A stretch of DNA of 64,000 nt from an uncultured Clostridiaceae bacterium (GTDB lineage: Bacteria > Bacillota > Clostridia > CAYPLH01 > DUMO01). Below, piece after piece: positions 1 through 9,493 of this stretch. The notes under the pieces were generated by a model. The model did not search any database, was not told the DNA's origin, and was given only the letters and a program-made list of their open reading frames with translations. Numbering within the stretch: the first letter of the stretch is position 1; every line of letters starts with the position of its first letter. The stretch covers positions 11,929-75,928 of the forward strand of contig CAYPLH010000011.1 in NCBI GenBank assembly GCA_964411505.1, given 5' to 3'. The position numbers and the translations under genes were made by a program.

Positions 1-582
1 CGGAAGTTTTCCAGATGTCCAGTAGGAAAACATTTGTCCGTACTTTTTCATTTTGAGGTCTTCAAATGAAAGGCTTAATCGGGTAAGCACCTTTTTGTTT
101 TCAGTAGAAAGAAACTTCTCATTGCCAAAAAGCTCCAAGCTTCTTTCTTCACAACTCGCCCATTCTCTGTTTTCAGCTTGCTCTAAGAAGTTATATATAT
201 TAATAATATATTCTTTTTCCTCATCAGTTTGCCAATCATGGTTTCTGATATAACCTGACATATCTAGGTGATCAGAAACCTGCATTATAAATGATGCTGA
301 CCATCCAGCTATTAAAGGTCTGTCCACGATACCCCATCGGCTTTTTAAAGAAGGGTTCATGCCGTTATAAAAAGATGCGATTACAGGCTTAATTATACCT
401 TCACTATTTAGCTGAACAACAGCTCCATAGAAAGCACTATAGCCTCCAAGCGTAGAATATTTGCTATTACCCCCGGACTTTCTTATTACACATTGTTCAA
501 TATCAGTGATTTCAAATCTTTTTTTCCCGCGTTCCCGTATATTACAAATACAACTTTCTAAGTGTTTTTTTATTAAGCCCAT
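1..582 (-). CDS. hypothetical protein, N-terminal 194 codons only (gene runs off the left window edge); possible DUF2220/JetD-like N-terminal region
   Basis: Minus-strand open frame from ATG (580-582) to position 1 with no stop (MGLIKKHLESCICNIRERGKK...EERSLELFGNEKFLSTENKK...YWTSGKLP). It is absent from the ORF track because it has no in-window stop. The family guess rests only on remembered motif style. Confidence 0.6.
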   Translation of the reverse strand, partial: MGLIKKHLESCICNIRERGKKRFEITDIEQCVIRKSGGNSKYSTLGGYSAFYGAVVQLNSEGIIKPVIASFYNGMNPSLKSRWGIVDRPLIAGWSASFIMQVSDHLDMSGYIRNHDWQTDEEKEYIINIYNFLEQAENREWASCEERSLELFGNEKFLSTENKKVLTRLSLSFEDLKMKKYGQMFSYWTSGKLP

Positions 583-618
583 TGCACCCACTCGCAAAAT
601 TTAATAACATTATTAGAT

Positions 619-702
619 GATAATATGATAATTATCACCCTGAAAGTCACAAAGCGACTTTCAGCTGATGCCTTCTAACGGAAGGCTAGATAATCATATT
701 AT
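619..702. repeat. palindromic element with three-way-junction potential (outer stem plus two inner hairpins)
   Basis: Outer arms GATAATATGATAATTATC / GATAATCATATTAT enclose hairpins CTGAAAGTC-N7-GACTTTCAG (640-664) and CCTTC-TAAC-GGAAGG (671-685). A shorter relative lies at 32691-32738. Confidence 0.6.
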
Positions 703-762
703 AAACTAAAAATTGAGTGGTTTCAAAAAAATTATAATGATAAGTTCAATCCTCTTTTTTTA

Positions 763-913
763 TTGTCTAGGAAAGTATACTTTGCTAGACAATGGGGATT
801 GCAAAGGGGCTTCCCCTTTGCTGCTTTAAGGAGGGTGCTCAAGGATGCGGAGCATCCGTCGAAGGGAACCATAAGGTTCCCTAGCGGAAAAAAGTGGCGA
901 AGCCACCTTTTTT
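763..913. repeat. five-hairpin modular intergenic repeat, full copy 1
   Basis: Consecutive hairpins are GTCTAGGAAAGTATACTTTGCTAGAC, GCAAAGGGGCTTCCCCTTTGC, GGATGCGGAGCATCC, GGGAACCATAAGGTTCCC and AAAAAAGTGGCGAAGCCACCTTTTTT. The same about 150 nt recurs inverted at 43373-43522. Confidence 0.8.
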
Positions 914-1153
914 ATACAACATGATAGTAAATATCTCCACTCTATAGTTTAAAAGTGAACTTATGTCGCATTCTTTAGCACTTTTTACAGGTTTACATAT
1001 TACCCATATTATTGTAAACTAAAAACCAAGTCGAGTCTTCAAATGTGAAGAATGGGGGATATATATTTTTGGGGTGAAGCTTTATTTTAAGCGGGATTGC
1101 TCTATCCTAACCCGTCAACTAACCTCGTAGACTATAAAAAGAGGGGGATTTTT

Positions 1154-1969
1154 GTGTTACATAGGTGTAAGTTTATTGTGTCAACTGCTCTAGTTATATT
1201 GGCAGTTTTATTACCTGTCAATTCGGTCTTTGCGTACAGCACTCTTTTAAAGCAAGGTCAAAGAAGCTCTGAGATCTACAGTTTGCAGCAGGATCTCAAA
1301 AAAATTGGTTATTTCAATGTTAACCCTACTGGATATTTCGGAACTATCACAAAAGCAGCAGTTATTAATTTACAAAGGGATTATAACCTAATGGTAGATG
1401 GTATTGTAGGTTCCCAAACTACAGGACAGATTCAAAGGCTTTTAAGAAGTTCTTCTGAGGTCTCAAGAGGGGGAACTTCGGACAGTGCATCGAAAAGTCC
1501 TGTAGAGCTGTTATCTTGGTTTGGTAACGTGGAACACATATTTTATATCGGCGCAGTAGCTAAAATTACTGATGTCGATTCAGGTTCTACATTTTATGCA
1601 AAACGTACTTATGGCTATAACCATGCGGATATTGAGCCGTTGACTGCATCTGATTCCCAGATAATAATGCAGTTTAATGGTGGTTGGAGTTGGGCTCGTA
1701 GAGCTGTTATAGTTGAAGTAAGCGGTAGAAGAATAGCTGGTTCACTGGCTGCAATGCCTCATGCTGGCAGAGATGATAAACCTGCTAATGCTATGGTTTA
1801 TAACCGCAGCCTAGGTTATGGATATGGTGCAAATCTTGATGCTGTTAAAGGAAATAATATTGACGGCGTACTTGATCTTCACTTTCACCAAAGTAAAACA
1901 CATGGTTCCAACCGAGTGAATAGTGATCACCAGCAAATGGTTCAAAAAGCATATAATTCCGACAAGTAG
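1154..1969 (+). CDS. secreted peptidoglycan-binding domain protein with uncharacterised C-terminal domain
   Basis: GTG at 1154 lies 6 nt after AGAGGGGG. Signal-peptide-like N-terminus (VLHRCKFIVSTALVILAVLLPVNSVFA). PG_binding_1-like motif (LQQDLKKIGYF...GYFGTITKAAVINLQRDYNLMVDGIVGSQT). Confidence 0.75.
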   Translation: MLHRCKFIVSTALVILAVLLPVNSVFAYSTLLKQGQRSSEIYSLQQDLKKIGYFNVNPTGYFGTITKAAVINLQRDYNLMVDGIVGSQTTGQIQRLLRSSSEVSRGGTSDSASKSPVELLSWFGNVEHIFYIGAVAKITDVDSGSTFYAKRTYGYNHADIEPLTASDSQIIMQFNGGWSWARRAVIVEVSGRRIAGSLAAMPHAGRDDKPANAMVYNRSLGYGYGANLDAVKGNNIDGVLDLHFHQSKTHGSNRVNSDHQQMVQKAYNSDK

Positions 1970-2157
1970 GCAGAAATAAAGAAAGGTAAATAGTAAGTAA
2001 GGTCAAACAGAGTGCTGTATTGTAGTATATTGCAGATGTTGAATTTGCACATGTGCAATGGAGAAGACTAAACACTTAAAAGAATTCACAAAGAGGGTTC
2101 AAGGAAAATCTGAATTTAAATTTTCTTGAACCCTTTTATTATATGAATTACTTATCC

Positions 2158-3435
2158 TTAATCGGTGGACAAAGAGCGTTCATAGTTTGTCATAACATCC
2201 ATAGTATTTTTATACGAACCAAGAACCTTTTCACGATTGTTGTCATTTATAAAGCTCTCATCTAAAGTATCATCCGGGATAGGAATAATCCGGTATCGGA
2301 GCTTACCACTTTCGTAAAACTTATCTACCCATGTAGGAATATGTTCAACCTTTTTAAGAACAATTCCGTCTGCATTTGATTTTTTTTCAAACTCAAGTTT
2401 TACAATAACACCATCTTCTGTTAAAATCTTATTAGCTCTGCTACCCTGATCCTCTCTTCGAAAATTTGATAAAAAGTTTCCTATAGAGTAAATCAGGTAC
2501 CTGTCTTCCCCATCAACGTTCACTATCTCAGATCTTTGTATTACATGGGGATGATACCCAATTACTACATCAGCACCCCATTCAAATAGTTTTTGTGCTA
2601 GTTTTTTCTGCTCTTCGGATGGCTCTCTCATATATTCAATTCCCCAATGCATGCAAACAATAGTTATATCTGACTCTATCTCCTTAGATTTTGCAATATC
2701 TTCCTTGATCTTATCTTCATCTATCAGGTTCACCATATAGGAAAGTTCTTCTTTGGTTAGTTTCCAATCGTTACCGTTAAGACCATAGGTATACACAAGT
2801 GTGCTTATTTTGAATCCATTAACCGCAGCAGTTGTAAACCTTTGTCCGTCCTTGTCCCATGTTCCTGTATGCAGCATATCATAGTCGTGTATCTTTTCGA
2901 TTGTCCGAAATAGACCGTCTCTTCCTCTGTCAAGGCTGTGATTATTGGCTGTAAGAAGAATATCGACGCCTGCGTCGGATAATGCCTCAAGCATACTATC
3001 TGGCGTATTGAATTCAGGATACCCAGTAAATACTGCCTGCTCGCCTCCTATTGTTGTTTCAAGATTGGCTATAGCAAAATCAGCTTCTGAAATATAAGGC
3101 TTGACATGCTCAAAAAAACCTTTAAAGTTATAAGCCCCTTCCTCCTCGTCAAAAGCACCTATGAGATTTGATTCATGACATATTATGTCTCCTATTGCAA
3201 CTATCGAGATACTTTCAGGTTCTGCACTTTCATTAATATCAGGAATATTGTCTTCGCTGCTTTCACTTTCACCCGCTAACTTTTGGGTGGGCTCTGGTCT
3301 TACAATCGGTGTAACAGTAGGATCCGGTTTTGCAGGAACTGATTCACTAGTATTACTCGAATCACTATTGCATCCTACAGCCAAAAGCATTACCAGAATA
3401 AACAGTATTAGAATCTTCCAAAAGTTCATTTTCAA
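2158..3435 (-). CDS. CapA-family (PGA_cap metallophosphatase-like) lipoprotein
   Basis: Lipobox LLAVGC. CapA-like motifs VAIGDIICHE, NLETTIGG, LLTANNHSLDRGRDG, VIGYHPHV. Confidence 0.8.
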   Translation of the reverse strand: MKMNFWKILILFILVMLLAVGCNSDSSNTSESVPAKPDPTVTPIVRPEPTQKLAGESESSEDNIPDINESAEPESISIVAIGDIICHESNLIGAFDEEEGAYNFKGFFEHVKPYISEADFAIANLETTIGGEQAVFTGYPEFNTPDSMLEALSDAGVDILLTANNHSLDRGRDGLFRTIEKIHDYDMLHTGTWDKDGQRFTTAAVNGFKISTLVYTYGLNGNDWKLTKEELSYMVNLIDEDKIKEDIAKSKEIESDITIVCMHWGIEYMREPSEEQKKLAQKLFEWGADVVIGYHPHVIQRSEIVNVDGEDRYLIYSIGNFLSNFRREDQGSRANKILTEDGVIVKLEFEKKSNADGIVLKKVEHIPTWVDKFYESGKLRYRIIPIPDDTLDESFINDNNREKVLGSYKNTMDVMTNYERSLSTD

Positions 3436-3602
3436 AATAATTCCTCCCCTTTATCTATGAACATAAATCTAATTTCATGTACAATGATCCATTTTTAACA
3501 TTATCCTGTTCTTCTTGTTCTTATAGTCAGATTTAATGATATATTTTATGGTTAATGTTTGCAATAGATCTTTTTAAGAGGCCACATGATAAACTCTATA
3601 CG

Positions 3603-4523
3603 CTACATTATTGATAAATAACGTTCCCCTGTATCAGGAAGCAAAACAACAACTATTTTTCCTCTGTTTTCTTCTCTTTGGGCAATCTTTGTCGCTGCAA
3701 ATGCTGCAGCACCAGAAGAAATTCCAACCAGTAGTCCTTCAGTCCGTGCAAGAGTTCTAGAAGCACACAGTGCATCATCATTACTGACCTTTATTATTTC
3801 ATCAATAATATCTATGTTTAATATTTCCGGTATAAATCCTGCACCGATACCCTGGATTTTATGTGGTCCCGGTTCTCCTCCCGATAATACCGGAGAATCT
3901 TCAGGTTCTACAGCAACGATTTTTACTGATGAATTTTTTTGCTTCAATATCTCTCCAACACCAGTTATGGTGCCCCCGGTGCCGATTCCAGCTACAAATA
4001 TATCTACTTTTCCTTCTGTATCGTTTATTATTTCCAATCCGGTTGTCTGCCTATGGATCTCAGGATTAGACTCATTCTCGAACTGTTGCGGTATAAATGA
4101 ATTGGGAATATCACTAGCCAACTCCTTAGCTTTTGAAATTGCCCCTTTCATCCCTTGAGCACCGGGAGTAAGAACTAGCTCTGCACCTAGTATTCTAAGA
4201 AGATTTCTTCTTTCAACACTCATAGTCTCAGGCATGGTCAGAATGATTCTATAACCTTTTGAAGCTGCCACAAGAGCAAGTGCAATTCCGGTATTCCCAC
4301 TTGTAGGCTCAATTATAACAGAGTCTTTTTTCAGTATGCCTCTTTCTTCAGCATCTTTAATCATTGCGTACCCGATTCTATCTTTGACGCTTCCACCTGG
4401 ATTAAAATACTCAAGCTTGGCTATAATTCTTGCTTTTATATTATTCAACCTATTATAATTTGAAAGCTCTAACATGGGTGTATTTCCTATCAACTCAGTT
4501 AACTTTTTTGCTATTCTCTCCAT
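3603..4523 (-). CDS. cysK: cysteine synthase A (O-acetylserine sulfhydrylase)
   Basis: Full-length PLP-dependent CysK-like translation ([39 protein letters not shown]). Start moved to the second ATG, 8 nt after GGAGG. Confidence 0.9.
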   Translation of the reverse strand: MERIAKKLTELIGNTPMLELSNYNRLNNIKARIIAKLEYFNPGGSVKDRIGYAMIKDAEERGILKKDSVIIEPTSGNTGIALALVAASKGYRIILTMPETMSVERRNLLRILGAELVLTPGAQGMKGAISKAKELASDIPNSFIPQQFENESNPEIHRQTTGLEIINDTEGKVDIFVAGIGTGGTITGVGEILKQKNSSVKIVAVEPEDSPVLSGGEPGPHKIQGIGAGFIPEILNIDIIDEIIKVSNDDALCASRTLARTEGLLVGISSGAAAFAATKIAQREENRGKIVVVLLPDTGERYLSIM

Positions 4524-4720
4524 CAACAAAACCTCCATTTCGTTTTGGTTAAATTATTTTTGCAACTGTACAGATTACATTGTTTTATTATCACAATATA
4601 TTATCTTTAATATTTAACTGTATTTATAAACCATTTGGAACATCTTAATTTAATTTTAAAACATGCAAAATCTGTCAGTGAATTATAAAAAACTTCTTTA
4701 CTTATTATAACACTTTTTCT

Positions 4721-6010
4721 TTATTTAATTGATTTTCCAAGTGCACAATCAATATCATAAATTAAGTCCTCCACATCTTCTAGACCTATTGAAAGCCTGA
4801 TCATATCAGGTGTAACGCCTGCTGCACGCTGCTCCTCTTCTGACAATTGTGCATGAGTTGTACTTGCAGGATGTATAACCAAAGATTTGGCATCAGCTAC
4901 GTTTGCAAGCAGAGAAAATAGCTCAAGACTATCGATAAACTTTCTGCCTGCTTCTACACCGCCTTTTATACCAAACGTAAAAATTGAACCTGCTCCTTTG
5001 GGAAGATATTTTTGAGCAAGATCATAATATTTGCTGCCTTCTATGCTTGGGTAGTTTACCCAGGTTACATTTTTATGCTCCAGAAGAAAATCTACTATTT
5101 TTTTTGTATTGTACACATGTCTTTCAACCCTTAATGATAGTGTCTCAAGTCCCTGCAGGAAAAGAAATGAGTTAAAAGGACTGAGTGCTGCACCTGTATC
5201 TCTTAGAAGCTGTACTCTTGCTCTTGTTATATATGCAAGCGGCTCACAATCATAGGCATACTTAATTCCGTTGTAGCTAGGATCAGGTTCGGTTAATTCA
5301 GGGAACTTGTTACCTGCCTTCCAGTCAAAATTTCCTGAGTCAATTATGACTCCACCTATTGATGTTCCGTGACCTCCAATAAATTTTGTAGCAGAATGTA
5401 CTACTACATCAGCACCAAATTCTATGGGACGTATAAGATATGGTGTCCCAAAAGTGTTGTCAACAATTAATGGTATTCCATTATCATGAGAAATCTTTGC
5501 AACCTTTTTAATATCTATTAGGTTTATTCCTGGATTTCCTATTGTTTCAATATAAACAAGCTTTGTTTTTTTATTAATTGCTTTTTTAAAGTTATCCGGA
5601 TCATCCGGATCTACAAAAACCGTATTTATTCCCAGCCTTTTAAGTGTTGTAGCAAAAAGGTTATGTGTTCCTCCGTACAACGTGCTTGCTGAAACTATCT
5701 CGTCTCCTGCTCCTGCAATATTCAGTACAGCATACGCAACTGCAGCCGAACCAGAAGCAACTGCTAAAGCCCCTACTCCACCTTCTAAAGCAGCCATTCT
5801 CTTTTCAAAAACATCGGTTGTGGGATTCATAATCCTAGTGTAAATATTTCCCGATTCCTTTAGCGCAAATAAATTAGCCGCATGATCTGCATTATCAAAT
5901 ACATATGATGTAGTCTGGTAAATAGGTACAACTCTTGAGCCAGTAACCGGATCCGGTTTTTGTCCCGCATGAACCTGTAATGTATCAAACTTAAGCTTTC
6001 TTTCAGACAT
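4721..6010 (-). CDS. metY: O-acetylhomoserine/O-acetylserine sulfhydrylase (Cys/Met metabolism PLP enzyme)
   Basis: Translation [11 protein letters not shown]...[17 protein letters not shown]...[11 protein letters not shown]...[13 protein letters not shown] is typical of the family. ATG at 6010 lies 6 nt after GGAGGG. Confidence 0.85.
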   Translation of the reverse strand: MSERKLKFDTLQVHAGQKPDPVTGSRVVPIYQTTSYVFDNADHAANLFALKESGNIYTRIMNPTTDVFEKRMAALEGGVGALAVASGSAAVAYAVLNIAGAGDEIVSASTLYGGTHNLFATTLKRLGINTVFVDPDDPDNFKKAINKKTKLVYIETIGNPGINLIDIKKVAKISHDNGIPLIVDNTFGTPYLIRPIEFGADVVVHSATKFIGGHGTSIGGVIIDSGNFDWKAGNKFPELTEPDPSYNGIKYAYDCEPLAYITRARVQLLRDTGAALSPFNSFLFLQGLETLSLRVERHVYNTKKIVDFLLEHKNVTWVNYPSIEGSKYYDLAQKYLPKGAGSIFTFGIKGGVEAGRKFIDSLELFSLLANVADAKSLVIHPASTTHAQLSEEEQRAAGVTPDMIRLSIGLEDVEDLIYDIDCALGKSIK

Positions 6011-6056
6011 ATTGATCCCTCCATTCAATTCCGAGTATTTCACTGTGCTTTACAGT

Positions 6057-6085
6057 ATAATAATGTATTTCTAAAGCAGTGTCAA
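6057..6085 (-). promoter_or_regulatory. sigma-A-type promoter upstream of the sulfhydrylase gene
   Basis: On the minus strand TTGACA, a 17-nt spacer, then TATTAT, about 45 nt upstream of the ATG. Confidence 0.5.
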
Positions 6086-6297
6086 CATATTTTTGTTCAT
6101 ATTTTCTATTTGTTTCTATTCAATAATATGATTGTATCCCAAAACAACATTTCGTGATTTTTAAGGAGACAATCATAATGCTGGTATTCCGAATATTTCT
6201 AGGGAGAACTACATTTTTAGTACAGAATTTAACTTTGTTATCATCTACTGCAAAGTGAGCCATACAACGTTTGAACTGAAACGTATGGTTTTGTGTT

Positions 6298-6373
6298 TGG
6301 AGCTACTGAAGTGATTTGAACACTCGACCTGCTGATTACGAATCAGCTGCTCTACCAACTGAGCTACAGTAGC
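6298..6373 (-). tRNA. tRNA-Thr (anticodon CGT)
   Basis: The reverse complement GCTACTGTAGCTCAGTTGGTAGAGCAGCTGATTCGTAATCAGCAGGTCGAGTGTTCAAATCACTTCAGTAGCTCCA folds as a cloverleaf with anticodon loop TTCGTAA and an encoded CCA. Confidence 0.9.
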
Positions 6374-6568
6374 ATCTACTATGAGAATCGACCCTAAACC
6401 ATACCCTGTTTGTTAGTTTATCACGTTTTTTCGCTTTTGAAAATAGCCAACCTTCTCTAGTTTGTGTCAAGTTCTTGTGGGCAATTTATACGTTTTTCCT
6501 TTAGTAAGAATATACTGGTACCTTAATGGACTGTTCCGAGCCTTGTTTACCGCATTTAATTTCCTAAG

Positions 6569-6778
6569 TTAGGATATGAACTGTAATATCAACAAGTGGA
6601 CCGTGTTATTTTTTTGCATTATGCTAGCAGTCGAAGACTTATCTCCATTACAGCCATACCAGATATAACAATTTTGTATTTGTTTTTCTATAAAAAAAGT
6701 AAAAATACTTCCTATTCCTGTACATAACCCTGCAAATGTAGTTAAGGCAAAGGCTAATAAAACACTATCGAGTTCCAT
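6569..6778 (-). pseudogene. truncated ZIP-family zinc transporter (ZupT-like) N-terminal remnant
   Basis: The first ~30 aa (SVLLAFALTTFAGLCTGIGSIFTFF) match the conserved ZupT N-terminal helix, then the sequence diverges and stops at 69 aa. There is no room for the other ~240 aa before the tRNA. Confidence 0.5.
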
Positions 6779-6788
6779 ACTTTATCTC

Positions 6789-6827
6789 CTCTTCTGTAAA
6801 TGATAATAATTATCATTTACAGAAGAG
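6789..6827. promoter_or_regulatory. perfect 19-1-19 palindrome containing a Fur-family box (TGATAATAATTATCA)
   Basis: CTCTTCTGTAAATGATAAT-A-ATTATCATTTACAGAAGAG. The core equals the 7-1-7 Fur box consensus TGATAATnATTATCA. It lies between the divergent zupT remnant and the Rieske oxidoreductase gene. Confidence 0.6.
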
Positions 6828-6939
6828 TACATATTTTTTCTTCAGATGTCAATACTTTTAATATTATGTTTATTAATAGTTATAATTATCAAATCTAATC
6901 TCTTTATTGGATTTGATACCTTATATAGGAGGAACGAGA

Positions 6940-8478
6940 ATGTCATTTAAAAAAGATGTTAATATGAAAAGTTTTAAAACTCCCCCTGCTTCCTATTGGA
7001 TAGAATCAGTAGAACAAAAGGAATATCCAGTTCTAAATAATGATATAAAAACAGATGTGCTTATTATTGGCGGCGGTATGACCGGCATAACAGCGGCTTC
7101 CATATTAAAAGAAGCAGGAGTTAAACTTGTTATGCTTGAAGCACGAAAAATATTACAAGGTACCACAGGCAACACTACAGCTAAGGTAACATCACAGCAT
7201 CACCTAATATACCATTACCTCATCTCTAAATTTGGTGTTGAAAAGGCACACCAGTATGCCGAAGCAAACCAAAGTGCAATCGAATTTATAGCAAAACGTG
7301 TAACTGATCTTAATATACATTGTGACTTTGAACGAAAATCAGCTTATGTGTACACTGAATCTGATTCCTTTATTAAAAACATAGAAAACGAAACAGACTC
7401 AGCCTTAAAATTGGGGATTCCTGCTGAGTTTGTAACCGAATCTACTCTTCCCTTTCAAATAAAATGTGCGGTTAAATTTAACAATCAGGCACAATTTCAC
7501 CCATTGAAATATCTACTTAAGCTTTTGGAAAACATCGAAGGAGATGACTGCCATATTTATGAAAATACACAAGCTCTTTCGATTGAAGGCAGTTCACCAT
7601 ACACAGTTATAACTGATAGAGGTAAAGTTGAAGCTAATAAAGTAATCGTGGCAACACACTACCCTATCTTTGATAAGCCAGGATTATATTTTGCAAGACT
7701 CTATCAGTCAAGATCATATATCATTGGTGCCAAAGTAACTAATACATTACCAGATGGAATGTTTATCAGTGCTGACGGACCTACCCATTCTTTTCGCACA
7801 CAGCCTACTGATAATGGTCAAATGCTGCTTGTTGCAGGAGAAGATCATAAAACAGGCCAAGGTGACAACACCATTTTACATTATGAAAGGCTTAAACAAT
7901 ATGCAGAACGTATATACAATATTGAATCAATTGATTATCACTGGTCGGCGCAAGACTGCATGCCAGTGGACAGTGTCCCGTTTATTGGCAAACTATCTCC
8001 AAATTCCGAGAACCTTTATGTCGCTACTGGATTTAAAAAGTGGGGCATGACCAACAGTACAGTATCAGCAATGCTCCTCAGCGACTTAATACTCGAACGT
8101 CCAAACCCTTGGCTGGATGTGTTTAATCCTAACAGGTTCAATATAGCGGCTTCAGCAGAAGAAATCACTAGCCAGAACCTTAATACAGCTGGAAAGCTTG
8201 TTGGTGGTATACTTAACATCCCAAGCGATGAACTTGAAACTGTTTTTATGGGCGAAGGTAAGATAATAAAGCTAAATAACAAGAAACTTGCTATATATCG
8301 TGATCATGACAATCATCTGCATGCTGTTTCTCCTTACTGCACTCATTTAGGTTGTGAGATTAAATGGAACGATGCAGAAAAAACATGGGACTGTCCATGC
8401 CATGGGTCAAGATATTCAATAGATGGTGATGTTATAGAGGGTCCAACAGTCAAGAATCTTGAAAGAATAGAACTGTGA
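6940..8478 (+). CDS. FAD-dependent oxidoreductase with C-terminal Rieske [2Fe-2S] domain
   Basis: Dinucleotide-binding motif DVLIIGGGMTGITAA and Rieske motif CTHLGC...CPCHGS. ATG at 6940 follows AGGAGG. Confidence 0.85.
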   Translation: MSFKKDVNMKSFKTPPASYWIESVEQKEYPVLNNDIKTDVLIIGGGMTGITAASILKEAGVKLVMLEARKILQGTTGNTTAKVTSQHHLIYHYLISKFGVEKAHQYAEANQSAIEFIAKRVTDLNIHCDFERKSAYVYTESDSFIKNIENETDSALKLGIPAEFVTESTLPFQIKCAVKFNNQAQFHPLKYLLKLLENIEGDDCHIYENTQALSIEGSSPYTVITDRGKVEANKVIVATHYPIFDKPGLYFARLYQSRSYIIGAKVTNTLPDGMFISADGPTHSFRTQPTDNGQMLLVAGEDHKTGQGDNTILHYERLKQYAERIYNIESIDYHWSAQDCMPVDSVPFIGKLSPNSENLYVATGFKKWGMTNSTVSAMLLSDLILERPNPWLDVFNPNRFNIAASAEEITSQNLNTAGKLVGGILNIPSDELETVFMGEGKIIKLNNKKLAIYRDHDNHLHAVSPYCTHLGCEIKWNDAEKTWDCPCHGSRYSIDGDVIEGPTVKNLERIEL

Positions 8479-8863
8479 ACTACACCCTACTTTGTTAGAC
8501 TCTTTTCGGACATTGAATAATAATATGTGCGTTGTAAAAGAGCTGTTGATTTTTTTAAATAATTATTCTGCTCTTTTGCTACGCCATATCATTATATATT
8601 AACTAAGAGCCCATTTATGCGTCAAATTTTTATCATTTACTCTTTTTTTTTTATGTGTTATGATAGAGAAAATTTTAAAATGCCATTCATGGTTTATGTA
8701 CATATTATGGTTATCTTGCTTTTCTATAAAAGAATGGTCAAAAGAAAGCATACACATGGTTTAAAGTAGAAAGTCATAGTGTGTCTTTCTGGAAAATAAT
8801 CATATTATAAAGCCTGTTCGGTATTTTAAAAAGGATAATTTAATAAGTAAAGGGTGAATTATT

Positions 8864-9415
8864 GTGGAAGAAATAAAACAAATAGCATCCCGGATCAAAG
8901 AAATGCGTTTAATTTCAGGATTGTCTCCTGAAAAAGTAGCTCTTGACCTCGGTATACCTGATATTGAATATCTTACTTTTGAAGAAGGAACTGTTGATAT
9001 TCCAGTAAGTTATCTTTATAGATTGGCAGGTATTTTCAATGTAGAGCTTACCACTCTTATAACCGGCGAGGAACCTCGTTTACGTCATTATACAGTTACA
9101 AGAAAAGGAAGAGGAAAAGGTGTCAATAGGAGAAAGCAGTATAATTATCAAAACCTTGCATACAACTATGTTAAAAAAAAGGCAGAGCCTTTTCTGGTTG
9201 AAGTCCCAGCTTCTTCTGAGGATTCTCCTATAGAATACAATTCTCACCCCGGTCAAGAATTTAATTATGTTCTTGAAGGAAGGCTAAAAGTAATTATAAA
9301 TGGCTATGAATTGATTCTAGAAGCAGGTGACTCATTATATTATGATTCAGGTATTGATCATGCCATGAAAGCTTTAGATAACAAACCATCCAAGTTTTTA
9401 GCTGTCATACTGTAA
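8864..9415 (+). CDS. XRE-family HTH transcriptional regulator with C-terminal cupin domain
   Basis: N-terminal HTH-like region (IKEMRLISGLSPEKVALDLGI) and a cupin-like C-terminus (HPGQEFNYVLEGRL...GDSLYYDSGIDHAM). Confidence 0.8.
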   Translation: MEEIKQIASRIKEMRLISGLSPEKVALDLGIPDIEYLTFEEGTVDIPVSYLYRLAGIFNVELTTLITGEEPRLRHYTVTRKGRGKGVNRRKQYNYQNLAYNYVKKKAEPFLVEVPASSEDSPIEYNSHPGQEFNYVLEGRLKVIINGYELILEAGDSLYYDSGIDHAMKALDNKPSKFLAVIL

Positions 9416-9493
9416 TCTTTTTAGTAGGCGGCTGAAATTGCCTTGTCATCGACCTTATAAACTAGTTAAATAACTTCAATTGGAGGATACAAT

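Noticed and set aside
6011-6297. Looked for an S-box (SAM) riboswitch or T-box leader upstream of the sulfhydrylase gene, and also upstream of cysK, the MetH-like gene and ilvE.
   Set aside because: No conserved S-box core or T-box sequence was visible. The region contains a tRNA-Thr terminator hairpin and a TTGACA-17-TATTAT promoter with a short leader.
8479-8515. Short motif shared just after stop codons: CACCCTACTTT (8483 and 39530) and GACTCTTTTCGG (8498 and 45300).
   Set aside because: The matches are only 11-12 nt with different partners at each site. They cannot be separated from chance or tiny repeat debris without genome-wide counts.
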